The notes under the pieces are model-generated. The model was not told the origin of the DNA. It made no database searches and saw only the letters and a list, made by a program, of their open reading frames with translations. A stretch of DNA of 63,605 nt, counting the filler, from Reticulomyxa filosa (Eukaryota; Protista; Foraminifera): assembly GCA_000512085.1 (NCBI GenBank). It is 18 parts of 18 records of this genome, joined end to end, with 100 filler letters (N's around TTAATTAATTAA, not from the genome) between each part and the next. Parts side by side here need not be neighbours in the genome. Positions count along the whole stretch, not along the records: positions 39,797 to 44,017 come from ASPP01005063.1; positions 44,118 to 47,643 come from ASPP01035956.1; positions 47,744 to 49,657 come from ASPP01015130.1; positions 49,758 to 51,218 come from ASPP01027880.1; positions 51,319 to 54,889 come from ASPP01010157.1; 13 more parts are not named here. One strand, given 5' to 3'. Each line of letters starts with the position of its first letter. Position 1 is the first letter of the stretch. Below are positions 39,840 to 51,723 of this stretch, piece after piece. The translations under genes were made by a program, and so were the position numbers.

Positions 39840-40362
39840 GATGGTTTCTTGGTGATGATGCCACTCGTGCGTATACGATATGGGAGGTACTACTGAAACT
39901 GGCAGATTGCACGGACTCAAAAGCTATGCGTTAGTGCTGGGAACAGTGTTCTTTGTGACGATAATTTTAATGCCGCTGTGCACAATGGTGACTTGCTTGT
40001 TGCTGTGGTGGTTCCCATCGAACTATCGCATTCATCACATGTTCTCCAACTGGATCCTGCCGTGCTTGGCGTGGTCGTCCATCGACGTGTTCACTATAGC
40101 AAGCGCAGCTGCAGCGAATGAACTCAGGAGGGTCAGTGAGTGGACTATCAATCAAAACTTTGCGAGTGTCTGCGGCACCCATGGCTACGTCACTATGTTG
40201 ACGCATCAGCAATGCTTCAGCGTCACTGGCATTGTCACATGGGCGTGTTTCTTAGTCGGTGCCACCAGCGTGTGTCTGTGGGCCGTTGCTGTGTACACGG
40301 TTACTCAAATGAACAGAGCACAGATGGCCGCTGAAAGGCATCCATTAAAGACGCACAAGTGA
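39840..40362 (+). CDS. PqiA (paraquat-inducible protein A)-like membrane protein, last exon, one frameshift
   Basis: LAWSSIDVF matches the PqiA WSMxDVF motif, with flanking TMs. The exon begins WFLGDDATRAYTIW in another frame that joins at the A4 run at ~39919-39922. Confidence 0.65.
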
Positions 40363-40909
40363 ATAAATGTAGACATTTAGATTTTTGTGTTTGTTTGTAG
40401 CTTCTTTCATCCCATTTATTTTATTTATTTACTTTATTGTGTTAATTCATTTGTTTCAAAGAGTACTCGTTATTAGAAGGAGAAAAAAAAAAAATGAAAG
40501 AATTACTATCTTTCAAATCTGTTCAAACAAGGTGCTTGCAAACCTTGGACTTTGTTTCCAGTCCATAAAGTTTGATTTGCTGTCTTTCAGCATTTACATT
40601 CGCTAAGGTACAAAAAAGGAAGAAAACACTGACTTTGACAGTATTACAAATTTTACTTCGTTGTTAGTTTTTCAATGTTTCCAAAATTGATAGTTTAGGA
40701 CACATTAAAATCATTTTATTGACATAAAAAATATTTGTAATGACGTTTTGAAGAACGATCAGTTTTTCGAACATATGACAAGCCAGAAGAACTGACATTT
40801 GGACAACAACTAAATGTATAAAAATGTTTGTTTTGAATATACAAAAGATTTTGTTAAAAAAAAGTGACAATAATACCAAATAATCCCGGAACAGATTTTT
40901 TTGTCATCA

Positions 40910-42130
40910 ATGGGTGCAGTGTTATTGGCAGCGATAAAGTCCGAGAAAAGTAAAGAAGCAGGTGGAAATGTTCAAATTGGATGAGTCAGACAAAGCGTGT
41001 ATGGTGCGGCCTTTGAACGATTTCACATAGCAAAATGGTTTTGTCGATGAGAATAAGGATGTTGGCAATGGCACAGCATTGACCCCAATTACCATGAAGA
41101 ATGGTGCGAATGGTTACAATAACAAGTCGAACAGCTCGCAGTTTTCGTTGATGCAATTGTTAGCTCGAAAGCTGTCGATGTTGAATAGGAACGGTAGCGC
41201 GAATGGCAATAGCAATGACGAAGGCAAAGCGCGATATCAAACCAAGAGTAAAAAATTGGCCAATGAAAACGTTCAAGTCAAAGATGGATAACAAGTCTAT
41301 AGAAGATAGTCTGCGAGGCAATGTGGACTAAGAATTAGAAATAAAAAAAGTTTTGTATATTTTTTTTCTCATCGACTTTGTTAATAATAATTTTTTTTTT
41401 TGTTAACAGAAAGACTGCGTCTGAGAAGTAGCGCTATTTGAAGAACAAGTGAGCTCGTTTTGCAAGGAGATGAAACAAAACGAAATGACGATCCTCAACT
41501 TGCAAAGCGAAAAGAACAAGCTGACAAAAAAGTTGGTGCAATTAAGATATCGACTCAATGACACAAAAATCAAACATCATCTAGAGTAATTGAAAATAAT
41601 ATGTTTGACTTTATTAGGAACAAGTGCAACAATGAGCAATAATTGGTGGATAACAAGACTAGCGATATTGGAAATAGCTAGTGTATTGGCGACTTTTTAC
41701 ATGAAGTGTTGGACGAACTGTAAATTCAAATACACATTTGCACACAGACTCAAAACAAGCACAAAGAGACTATGAAAGAGCTAAAGTTGCAGTCGTATCG
41801 AAGATTGGACGCAAAAACAAATTGAAACAATAAATATATTTTCGACGAAACAAAAGAAAAAGTTGATAAAATTTTATCATTATTTGGAGAAATTGCAAGT
41901 ATAACAGACCAATTGTGAATTACGTAAATGTCACGTTGAAAATATTCGTCAGCAAGTCCAAATTTAATTTTATTTGGAAAATTTTATTATACATAATTGA
42001 ATATGCATATACTAATACAAATGTTTTGTTTGTTGGTGAACAGTTATAAGATAGAAAGAAGTTGGGACAAGAATATTATCAAATCGAGTTGTTGGATGTA
42101 AGCAACTCATATTATGGTATGCTTTGAAAA
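40910..42130 (+). pseudogene. Decayed coiled-coil protein gene
   Basis: Coiled-coil-like segments interrupted by in-frame TAG/TAA stops and frameshifts. Intron-like stretch ~41350-41409. Confidence 0.4.
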
Positions 42131-42511
42131 AGACGTTGCAAAGTGGACTTATAAATCTAAACATTTATAATCAAATTGGATTTTTACACAAAAACATGTA
42201 TTTGACTATAAATTACAATAACAGCATTGAAGATACTAACATCAATGACGAACAAATCTTTATGGTTTAGTATAAATAATTAATTTTTTTTAAAAAAATG
42301 TTGAAGTGGTCGGAAAAGAAAAGCTGTACAGTTAAAAAAAATGCACACTAAAAAATGCAACGTGTTGCAACAAGGTGAACCGTTGTGTATGTGTGCATTC
42401 AAAAATTGTCGCTTAAAAAATATTTGAAAGTATCACAAATAGTGTTCTTATATTTCAAATTAGTTAATTAATTAATCTTTTTTTTTTTTTTTTTAAAAAA
42501 AAGGACCAAAT

Positions 42512-44017
42512 TTAAAAAGACTTGCCAACTGCATCTCGCTGATACACTTCTTTAACAGAAAGTGTAATGAAACAACAAACCAGCAGAATGGTAAGTGCCA
42601 GCAGCGTCTCAAACCTTGTATTGAGCCAAGACCCAGTGCCGACAATGAGCAATGACATGACACTGTTGCAAAACACAAGACACATGCCGCTGCTCCCTTC
42701 GCTGACCGGATAGCAAATCTCGGCAACAAACTCGAAAAACACGGGGACCATGGCACCGGAAAAAAAGCCGATGCACATTGCAACACACAGCACAATCACA
42801 AAGCGGGATTGGAACTGGCTCGCATGTTGCAATTCGTCGATGAACAGGCCATACGTCCAAAAGGGGGAAGGCAGCATGGCAAAGGCGACAGCAAACGACA
42901 AAATGCCGCCAACCAGCAATATTAACAACAACTTTTTCAGCCTTTTTCGGAAGAAGTGGTCACTAATCGGCCCCATCAACATCGACCCGATCATACTGGC
43001 GACCGCCACCGCAAACCCAATATATCCAATCAAGCTGTCTGACAAATCAATCGGTCGCAGCATGTCTTGGAGCACCGCACTCCAAGAGGTGTTTATACCA
43101 CTTTCCAATCCTTTTTTTTTTTTTTTTTTTTGGAGTAGGTATTAACATACGTATACATACATATATATATGTACACACATATACATACACGTATGTGTAT
43201 ATGTACATATACGTGTACATATATATATATATATATATGTACGTATACACATATATAAATTATACCTCCGGCGAAGATAAGCATGATTGCCGCTGGATGA
43301 CTTAACAATGCTCTGATTTCCAAAAGAAAGTGTCTAAAGTGCACTTTGAACGAATCGTTGTTTCCGCGTTTGTTTAGTAATAACTTTTTGTTTTCATGCT
43401 TGTCGTTGCTGTTGTCTTTTTGATTATTTAAGAACATAATATATTTATATATGTACATATATATATATATGTACATGCATGTACGTATACGTATGTAGGT
43501 TAACATGCGAGTTGATAATCGCTCGCATTGACATGAAGACTTGGAAAATGTGAATCATGGGCCTCTGGAAGGTTGTTGGATGGCCGCTCGGACAAGTTCA
43601 GCAACGCATGACATGCGGCTCGACTTGGGAATGCCATGGGCCTCTCGGGGAAGTAACAGAAAACAGCAACCCACACAATTGCAACGAGCAACAGCGTGAC
43701 GTATAACAACCTTGGGACATCGTCTCCATTGGGAACGAGCATCGGGCCCAGCAGAAATCCTACACAATTGCCAGCGACTCCCATCGCCGCCGCAAAGGCT
43801 GTTGCAAAGCCTCGCTCATTTTCGGGAAACCATACCACGCTCAATTTTGGAGGTGGACCCATTGCCTTTTATATAACTAATCCCCCCCCCCCCCCCCAAA
43901 AAAAAAAAAACACATATGAAATAATTTCTTATGCATGTTGTAGATTGACACACTGCATGTTGCACAATCAATATATACGTATATATGTACATATACATGC
44001 ATACATTATAATATATA
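42512..44017 (-). CDS. MFS transporter, SLC49/FLVCR (DIRC2-like) family, 5'-truncated
   Basis: PPKLSVVWFPENERGFATA, YFPERPMAFPSRAA and FFEFVAEICYPVSEGSSG. Intron 43111..43265. Confidence 0.88.
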
Positions 44018-45010
44018 NNNNNNNNNNNNNNNNNNNNNNNNNNNNNNNNNNNNNNNNNNNNTTAATTAATTAANNNNNNNNNNNNNNNNNNNNNNNNNNN
44101 NNNNNNNNNNNNNNNNNTGAGTTTTTCAATCTCCAAAATCAATCCATACAAAATGCCATACGGTTGATGTGGTGTAAAAATGTGGTGCTACTTTTTTTGA
44201 AGCCTGTCAGTGTAGAAAAAAAAGAAAGCATTTTATTTCTATTGTTGTGTTCCTTTCCCTCATGAAGGTTTGCTTACATGAACTTATTTATCTTAAACAT
44301 TACAATTTGCAAAAGAAACGATAATGATAAGAATGTAATATAAATTTGCATTATATTTTGTATATCAAAAATGTAAGTGAAGCTATCATAAAATTAGTAT
44401 ATTTTCTTTATTTTTTATTTTTAAGCTGAGAGAAAGTTAACAGAAATAGATTGTATTTCACTTGCGCAAAGTGTAATACGAAAGATTTTGCAATGTTTGA
44501 GCAATTCTCAACAAAACAAAATGATTAGTGACGTTTATGTGAGTGATATTCTTTTAATAACAAAGATTAGAGTGAACTTTTTCATATTTGTTTTTTGTAT
44601 GATATTTTGCATATTGATATTAGCAAATTATTCGAATAAGCGCACTGCCAAATTATTTCATTGATTTTACTTTACAATTAAAAAAGATATTGCTAGATTG
44701 TGTGCTTGAAAAATATTTTTAAAAATTTGTTAACCCTTTTTTTTTAAAAAGGAGCTTTTGTTAAACCAGAGCAATAATCACGAATCACTTATTGCTCATC
44801 GCGTATCTCTTCTCTTTCTTCTCTCTTCTCTAGTCTCTCGTCGCTCATCATGTCAATATCGCCAGGGGTCAGTGTTTCGTGTTTCTCTTTATCTTGTATT
44901 GTTAAAAATATTTTATTTTAAATGTTGTATGTGATGTATAGGAAGAAAGCAACATAGTTATAGATATTGACGATTTGCTGGAAGAAAATCGATCTGAAGT
45001 GTATCGAGAA

Positions 45011-45085
45011 AGCACATGGAGCAGAAGCGAATCGAGTAGAAGGGCGTGCAGCAGAATCGCGTCGAGAAGAAGCGCATTCAGCAGA
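45011..45085 (+). repeat. Five imperfect 15-bp tandem units
   Basis: AGCACATGGAGCAGA / AGCGAATCGAGTAGA / AGGGCGTGCAGCAGA / ATCGCGTCGAGAAGA / AGCGCATTCAGCAGA. Confidence 0.7.
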
Positions 45086-45155
45086 AGTGGTACTTTTGGC
45101 ATGTGAAAAAGTAGAAGCCAATATACAGTGTTTTTAAAGTCTTGGTACGCATACA

Positions 45156-45890
45156 TGTTATGGAGGAGGAATAAGATAACATATAATAAAGAAATCGAAA
45201 GAGAAGCTATTCGAGAAGCAAGGGAAAGTCTAGTTAGACTTATGGTGATTTGGATGACGAATTTCTTTTAGATATTTTTTTGGTTAATAAAAAATCTTAC
45301 AGGTACCAAGCAACGATCAAAAAGAAAGTCAATTCATTCAACCGAGTGATCGACAATCGAAAAAGATTTCCAAATTTATGGAAAATCGCAAATGAAATAT
45401 ATCTGTGGAATAAAATCCAATTTTTTTAAAAAATTGGATATTTGCCTAGCCAAAAAAAATTAAAAAATACTATACAGACTACATTAACTCAACGGTTTGA
45501 TATAGTAACAAACTATAAGCCAATAAACGACTATACAGATAAACGACCTAAAAAAAAAAAAAAGAAATATACAACGACGACGGCAATAATAATACAAAAG
45601 ATATGGATTATTTCAAAATTAAGCCAATCAAACGACAGAAAACAAGCTATCAAATGGAATCAGAAATACAAAAAGAAATCGATAAAGAAAAAATCCAAGA
45701 ATTAAAAAAAGAAAATCGACAATTAAAAGAAAGTCTTCAATTAGAAAAGAAAAAAATGGAAAACATAGAAAATAGCATCAAAGAGTTTTTGAAAATACAG
45801 TTACATTGTTGCAGCAATTTCAACATCTGTCGGAGTACCTGTGCAACCTGTGCAATCTGGTCTTGTACAAGACCAATTTCAATAAAATAA
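45156..45890 (+). mobile_element. Possible LTR, primer-binding site and decayed coding start of an LTR retroelement
   Basis: TGTTA..AATAAA..TTACA (45156-45301) directly followed by GGTACCAAGC, then a coiled-coil ORF at 45603..45890. Only one putative LTR is visible. Confidence 0.25.
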
Positions 45891-47133
45891 AGTAAATTGA
45901 GAACAAATAATTCAACACAATGTAAATCTCTTTTAATTTTTATGAATAAAGTTGATTAATAATTGCAACGGGAATCAGAACAACGATTAAATAAGTTCCT
46001 TGTACTTTACTGTACATTGTTTTACTCTTTTTCTTTTCTCGTTTGATTACACTTTATTTATAATTTACAGATAATGATAAATATTTTGAGATGATATTGA
46101 AAGGATTTGATTCCATTGATCAAACAATACATAAATTTCATCAATTAAAACTATTTCTTCTTTCTTTTCACTTGTTATCAATACATATCTAATCTTTCTA
46201 TCATAATTAATACAAAAATTCTTTTTGCTTTGTAGAAGTCTGCACTGAAGACATGGACAATATTTTCAAAGAAGGATGAACATCATAGAATTGTAATATA
46301 AATTAAGAAGCTAAACTGTAGCATATTTCTATTGCAATTACTGATTGTACTCTTTTTTAAGATTTTAAACTTTAATATTTTAAGATTTTAACAATAAAGC
46401 TAAATAAATGCATTACACTTTTTGTTTTGTTTTTTGAATGTAGGACAATGTCTTCTAAATATCTGAACCACAAAGGAACCTGGGAGTCCCCAGTGGGTTA
46501 AACTCTCAACCAACTTTCCTTCACTCTTTTGTTTTGTTGTGCCATTCATCTTTTTTTCTTTAATTTACTTTTGTTTTACGGAAAACTAGGTTTTCTCAGT
46601 AACAATCTTTCGTATTACATTTAGTGCAAAACTCTTTTCAACTGATGAATAATATTGAAAATTTTTATAAGAGTTCGTTTTCCCTACTTTTTCTTTTGAG
46701 ATATTTGTCATTGGGAAAACACATTCGAGATGACAAACCAAAGAGTTAATCAAAAGAGTTTCAAATTGTCTCTTTTTCAAATCATTGATGTTTTTCAATT
46801 CATACACTTTGTAAGAAAAGTAAAACACTATTCCTGTTTAATAACCATCAAGTAAAAAATAGCTTTCAAAGATATACAAATTAAATAAAGCTAACCAATT
46901 GTCTACTTTTTAAATTGTAAAGATTGAAAAGTTTATTTGATTTGCTAATACATTTAAGTAACTTTTGCAATTAAATCAAGTTTGTCGTTTTTAACGACGA
47001 TAACGAGACTCCTTTCAATGTAGAAATTTATTAACACAATTTTAATACGTTCTCTATTGCCTTCAATTCCATTTTGACTCATTTTACAAAAAGAAGTATG
47101 CCTACGTAAACTCTGAGTCTGTTGCCTCCAAAA

Positions 47134-47643
47134 ATGTTAAATGGAAAATTCAAGGAAGATCTTCAGAGCAATAAATATATCAAAGAAAGGACTCCTGTCC
47201 TTATATCTCAGTTGAACAGCTGTTTTTGAAAGTCTAAATAAAAAAAAACCAAAAAAGGTGTTTAACTTCATCATCATGCTCGAACAACTTCAACAAATAT
47301 TTCCCAAGATAGATAAAGATATCATTTTAAAAGCATGGAAGGGATATAACGGAAATGTTGAAGAAACAAAGGCTATCTTAACTTGGCTAACAGAAAACAC
47401 GTAATAATACATTTTTTTTTCTCTTTTTTTTTTTTTAATAAACAAAAACATCGCATTAATTCATATTTTCTAATACAGTATAAATTTACAACACCAGCAT
47501 CATTTGATGACATTATTCGATAATTTTGCCAATACAATTGAAAAAACAGCAATATCACAAATGTGGAAAAATTGCAATCAAATTTATTCTGATACATTTG
47601 ATAAATTAAGAGAAATTTGCGCAACTTCCAGCTTGCATAAGTT
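47134..47643 (+). CDS. CUE/UBA-like domain protein, N-terminal exons, 3'-truncated
   Basis: MLEQLQQIFPKIDKDIILKAWKGYNGNVEETKAIL fits the CUE pattern L..(M/I)FP..D...I..........G.V..(T)...L. Intron 47401..47479. Start exon uncertain. Confidence 0.6.
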
Positions 47644-47743
47644 NNNNNNNNNNNNNNNNNNNNNNNNNNNNNNNNNNNNNNNNNNNNTTAATTAATTAAN
47701 NNNNNNNNNNNNNNNNNNNNNNNNNNNNNNNNNNNNNNNNNNN

Positions 47744-48401
47744 CCAAAATGTAAATGATCGACCCGAATTTGTAGAAAATGTTAGCACTGCGCTCGTATG
47801 CTTTGCTCGTGCACAACCCAATGTGAGTAGTCGGGTCGACTTGCAATTCTGCCCCAAAGGTTATGATGACGGCGCAGATTCCGGCTATACTATACAACTG
47901 TAGACACGCGTACGAGATGCCGATGAATAACAACAAACCTCGATTATATGCATAGGTCGAAGCTCGGAAGGTTAGGTCGATACGCGATAAAAAACCCACA
48001 AACACTGCTAGTCTACTCATTGCCAAACATGCGTATGAAACGATATAACTTACTCCACATGGGATTACTCCGTCCGAACCCAGTTTGATCACTACATCTA
48101 CTTTCACAAAACCATATACTAAACATGTTATCAAATAACTACAAAACACTATTATACTGCTTATTTTCGCTGACGGAGATATCTTCCTTTCATTCCCAAA
48201 ATATAAATGATACATCATGTGGATCAGCAAATAGCTTATTATCAACACTCCCAAATATGCCGAAACTGCACAAGGCAGTATCATTCCTGGATTCACCTGG
48301 TTTGTACTGCTATGCGAATTTGAGACTGTTGGATCGGTTGCATTTTCACAATGCGAACAAACTAATAAGGACAATAACACACCTAAACGAAGCACATCCA
48401 T
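47744..48401 (-). CDS. Orphan 7TM receptor-like protein (signal peptide, TM1-TM4, start of TM5), 3'-truncated
   Basis: Signal peptide MDVLRLGVLLSLLVCS, successive TMs, Cys at the top of TM3 (IPCG) and in loop 2 (GLCT), and LSRIDLTFRASTYAY after TM3. Confidence 0.65.
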
Positions 48402-48666
48402 TGTGTTTCTTGCAAACGTGCTTTGATAGCTTTTTTTTAACCAAAATTTTTTTTTTTTGTAAAAAAAACTTTTTGTTTTTTGTTTTTTTTGCACACTTTT
48501 CGCTTACGTTGTCCATTAATGAGCATGCAACCCAGTTGTTTTTCTTTTTTCAATAACAAAAACAGTTTAGTAATCAAAAGGCTAAGCACTCAGTGCTGTG
48601 AAGAACTTTTTGCTGTGGGCATTATACTGAATTTGAATAATCAAGCCAAAAGAAAAAGAAAAAGAA

Positions 48667-49657
48667 ATGGCCGGAAGTATAAAAGATGAAGAAAAAATGT
48701 CTATTAAATTGCCCAGTAATAATGTTACCAGCTCGCGAAGTATCTTTAATTTTTGGAGAAAAGAACGCGGTGCGACGATGATGGTAAAAACAAAAACGCC
48801 TCGATCCGACTCCAATATCAGACCGTCAGTGACAAGACAGCTGGGACGATGGGTATGTGACCGAGCAAAATTGCAGCAAATGGGTGAAGTGGACATACTT
48901 AAAAAAATGAGAGATCATATTATGTTCCGTTTGGATCAAATGACTTCCAGCAATCCCAAATTGCAGGTATGTTTTTTTTTTTTTGTGTGTATGTATTATA
49001 TCCCTCATAAGCTTCATCACACAACATACTTTACTTTTTTTGAATACCTTCTAAAGTGATTTTTTTTTTTGTTTGCGTATACGTGAGCATGGACACATAA
49101 CCAAAACAAACAAAAAAAATAATAATGATAATAATTTTTTTTTAAAAAAAAAAAAGAGAAATACATGCAGCATTAGACGAAGTGTGGTACGGCGAATATG
49201 CAATATTGAAACACCGATTGAAAAAAACGAGCATAAAAGCCAAGTCAGAGAAAATGCGAGCGGAGACGACACGAGCGTTGGAATCGTTGGTGGTGACGAA
49301 GAATGAGACACAGGCCGAGTATCAAGACAGCGATGACTTTGACGTGCGCGAAACGGCGCTGTGGATCATGAACAACTTTCTGCCGAAAGCGACAGTGGAC
49401 AACATTGTGACGACCAGCAATCTCAATGACGAAGACGAGGGCAACGAAGGCCAAAGAACGAAGCAAGGCACAAATGCAAAAGGGGTATCAGCCATCCAAA
49501 AATTCCGACGTTCAGCACAGCGAGTCATGGTCGCTTTGATCATACAAAAGACAAAGCTGAATTCCACGATTTCTCTTTTGAGTCAAAATGACCAATTGAA
49601 GACTTGTTTGGCAAAGCTTGGTACGAACACACAAAAAAAAAAAAAAAAAAAAAAAAA
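48667..49657 (+). CDS. Probable cyclic-nucleotide phosphodiesterase N-terminal (PDE1-like regulatory) region, 3'-truncated
   Basis: DVRETALWIMNNF resembles PDE1 EVRDWLASTF. KFRRSAQRVMVALII resembles the PDE1 calmodulin site KFRSIVHAVQAGIFV. The catalytic domain is not in the contig and the splice phase is not resolved. Confidence 0.4.
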
Positions 49658-49758
49658 NNNNNNNNNNNNNNNNNNNNNNNNNNNNNNNNNNNNNNNNNNN
49701 NTTAATTAATTAANNNNNNNNNNNNNNNNNNNNNNNNNNNNNNNNNNNNNNNNNNNNG

Positions 49759-49873
49759 TCAAAAAAGGAAATGAAGTTTATTATTCAATATTGGATTCAA
49801 ATTTCAAAAATAAAATTAGGATGGATCGATGATTTTGATAAAATTATTATGAAATACAGTGGAATGAAATTAA
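49759..49873 (+). CDS. C-terminal 'IIQYWIQ..KLGWIDDFDKII' module fragment (recalled from foraminiferan WD40/kelch families)
   Basis: SKKEMKFIIQYWIQISKIKLGWIDDFDKIIMKY at the contig start. The family link comes from memory, not a search. Confidence 0.55.
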
Positions 49874-50210
49874 GTTTAATATATAGATATAATTGATTTG
49901 TGATGAAGAAATATCTATAAATTGAGTCATCTTTAATATGTTTTTAAAAATTTACTAATTTGAATATGTTAAAAAAAATATTATTAAAACAAAAACAGTT
50001 ATAAATATTTTTTCTTTACAGAAGTTGCTTGATTTCAATGAAATAAGTTATATTTGTGATAAGACTTGAGACGACATTTATATTATTGTTGTTGCGATAA
50101 TACTTTTTCATTCATTTCCTTAAATTTACTATCATAATTCCAAATATCAAATCAACCATTTTTTCAAATACTTCTATATCCTAATTTTTCACTTCTTCAC
50201 TTTTCAAATA

Positions 50211-50570
50211 CAGTAGAATAAAAAAGAAAGTTGACACATAAAATGGCACTTTATGAAGATGATTGATTTTCTCCATGAAAAAACAACATTAAATCAAATT
50301 TTTTGCAAATTTAAGCTTGCAAAGCATTTTGTGATTGTAAAGAAAAAAGTGTCACTTTTTATAAACGAAAAACATCAAAATATCTAAACATTTAAACTTG
50401 TAAAACTTTTAATTAAATGCTTATTATTTTAAAATTGCATCAAACTGTTTTTATTAAAACAGAATAATCATTGCAAAACATGGCACAAACAAAAAAATTC
50501 AAAAAAAATTTTTCGCAAGGTATTTTTCAAAAATGCTTTAAAAAAAATTGGCAAATTTCATGACTACGAG
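50211..50570 (+). mobile_element. Tc1/mariner-type element end (TIR), copy 3
   Basis: TA|CAGTAGAATAAAAAAGAAAGTTGACACATAAAATGGCAC.. Shares CAAATTTCATGACTACGAG with copy 1. Confidence 0.75.
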
Positions 50571-51373
50571 AAAACACGATTGTCAACTTTTTCTCGAAAA
50601 TTTCAAAAAATCAAATGAAAGATTCAAATTTTTGAAAAATTTCGAAAGATAAAATAAAACTATTTTTTCCTCAGTCCGTTGCTCTTCAAGTTTTTTAAAT
50701 TATCATTACAGCATATGTAATCAAAAATCAACTCATTTTCCTTGATAACGCTTCAAAGAAGGTAATATACAAGCTAACCACAATGTCTCTTTTGGAATCA
50801 AGCTTTATTAGTGAAAATAAAACAATACCCCTAAGCTGAAACATTATAACATTTTATAATGCTTCGACTAATCAAGCGAAAATGACGGAACTGTAGTGTT
50901 TTTGTCGATATTTCATAGCACACAAAGGTGGGATAAAGTTGACAAAAAAATGCGGATTGGTAGTATTTAGTGTAACGACTTTACTATTACTGTAGTGAGA
51001 CTACTTACGTCACAATGGAATCAGTATGACTCCAAATATACAAAGTTGTTTCTTTTTAATTTAAGTTTCAAAAACGCATTCTTACTTTTCTTAAAACGTG
51101 CTTTTCCGCTCCAGGTTCTCTACATTACGTTAAGTGACTTGTGACAGTAAGCTTTTTTGTTGCTGTGATTTCTAATTTCGTACTTTGTCTTGTTTAACGT
51201 GTTTAAAAGTTTCACTGGNNNNNNNNNNNNNNNNNNNNNNNNNNNNNNNNNNNNNNNNNNNNTTAATTAATTAANNNNNNNNNNNNNNNNNNNNNNNNNN
51301 NNNNNNNNNNNNNNNNNNTTTTTTTTTTTGTTGGTTGCTTCTTTTTAAAAAAAAAAATTAAAAAAATAAAAAG

Positions 51374-51723
51374 GTGTTGTGAAACAAATCCATAATGAGT
51401 CACATCTTGATGCAATCACCGGCTTGAGTGGCAGTGGCCCTGCCTTTGTGTTTTTGATGATTGAGGCGTTGGCAGATGGGGGAGTACAAGCAGGCTTGAC
51501 ACGACAAGATGCACTAGCATTGGCTGTCCAAACCGTGTTAGGGAGTGCCAAGTTAGTGCTGGAAACCAATCAACATCCCGCCGTGTTCAAAGATCAGGTT
51601 GCTAGTCCTGCTGGTACCACAATGGCTGGTATCAAAGAGCTAGAAAAACATAACTTTAGATATGCTGTTATGTCTGCTGTTGAAGCTGCAGCGAAAAGGA
51701 GCAAAGAACTTAGCAAATTGTAG
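51374..51723 (+). CDS. PYCR: Pyrroline-5-carboxylate reductase, last exon
   Basis: [59 protein letters not shown]. Acceptor AG at 51372-51373. Confidence 0.96.

Noticed and set aside
40910-42130. In-frame TAA/TAG suggesting stop-codon reassignment
   Set aside because: Conserved genes end at the expected place with TAA (HECT, metaxin) and TAG (RRP4, PYCR), and the U-box fragment ends with TGA. This region also has frameshifts, so pseudogenisation fits better.
50720-50760. LIFLDNASK as a DDE transposase motif inside TIR copy 3
   Set aside because: An isolated 9-residue match with no flanking transposase motifs.
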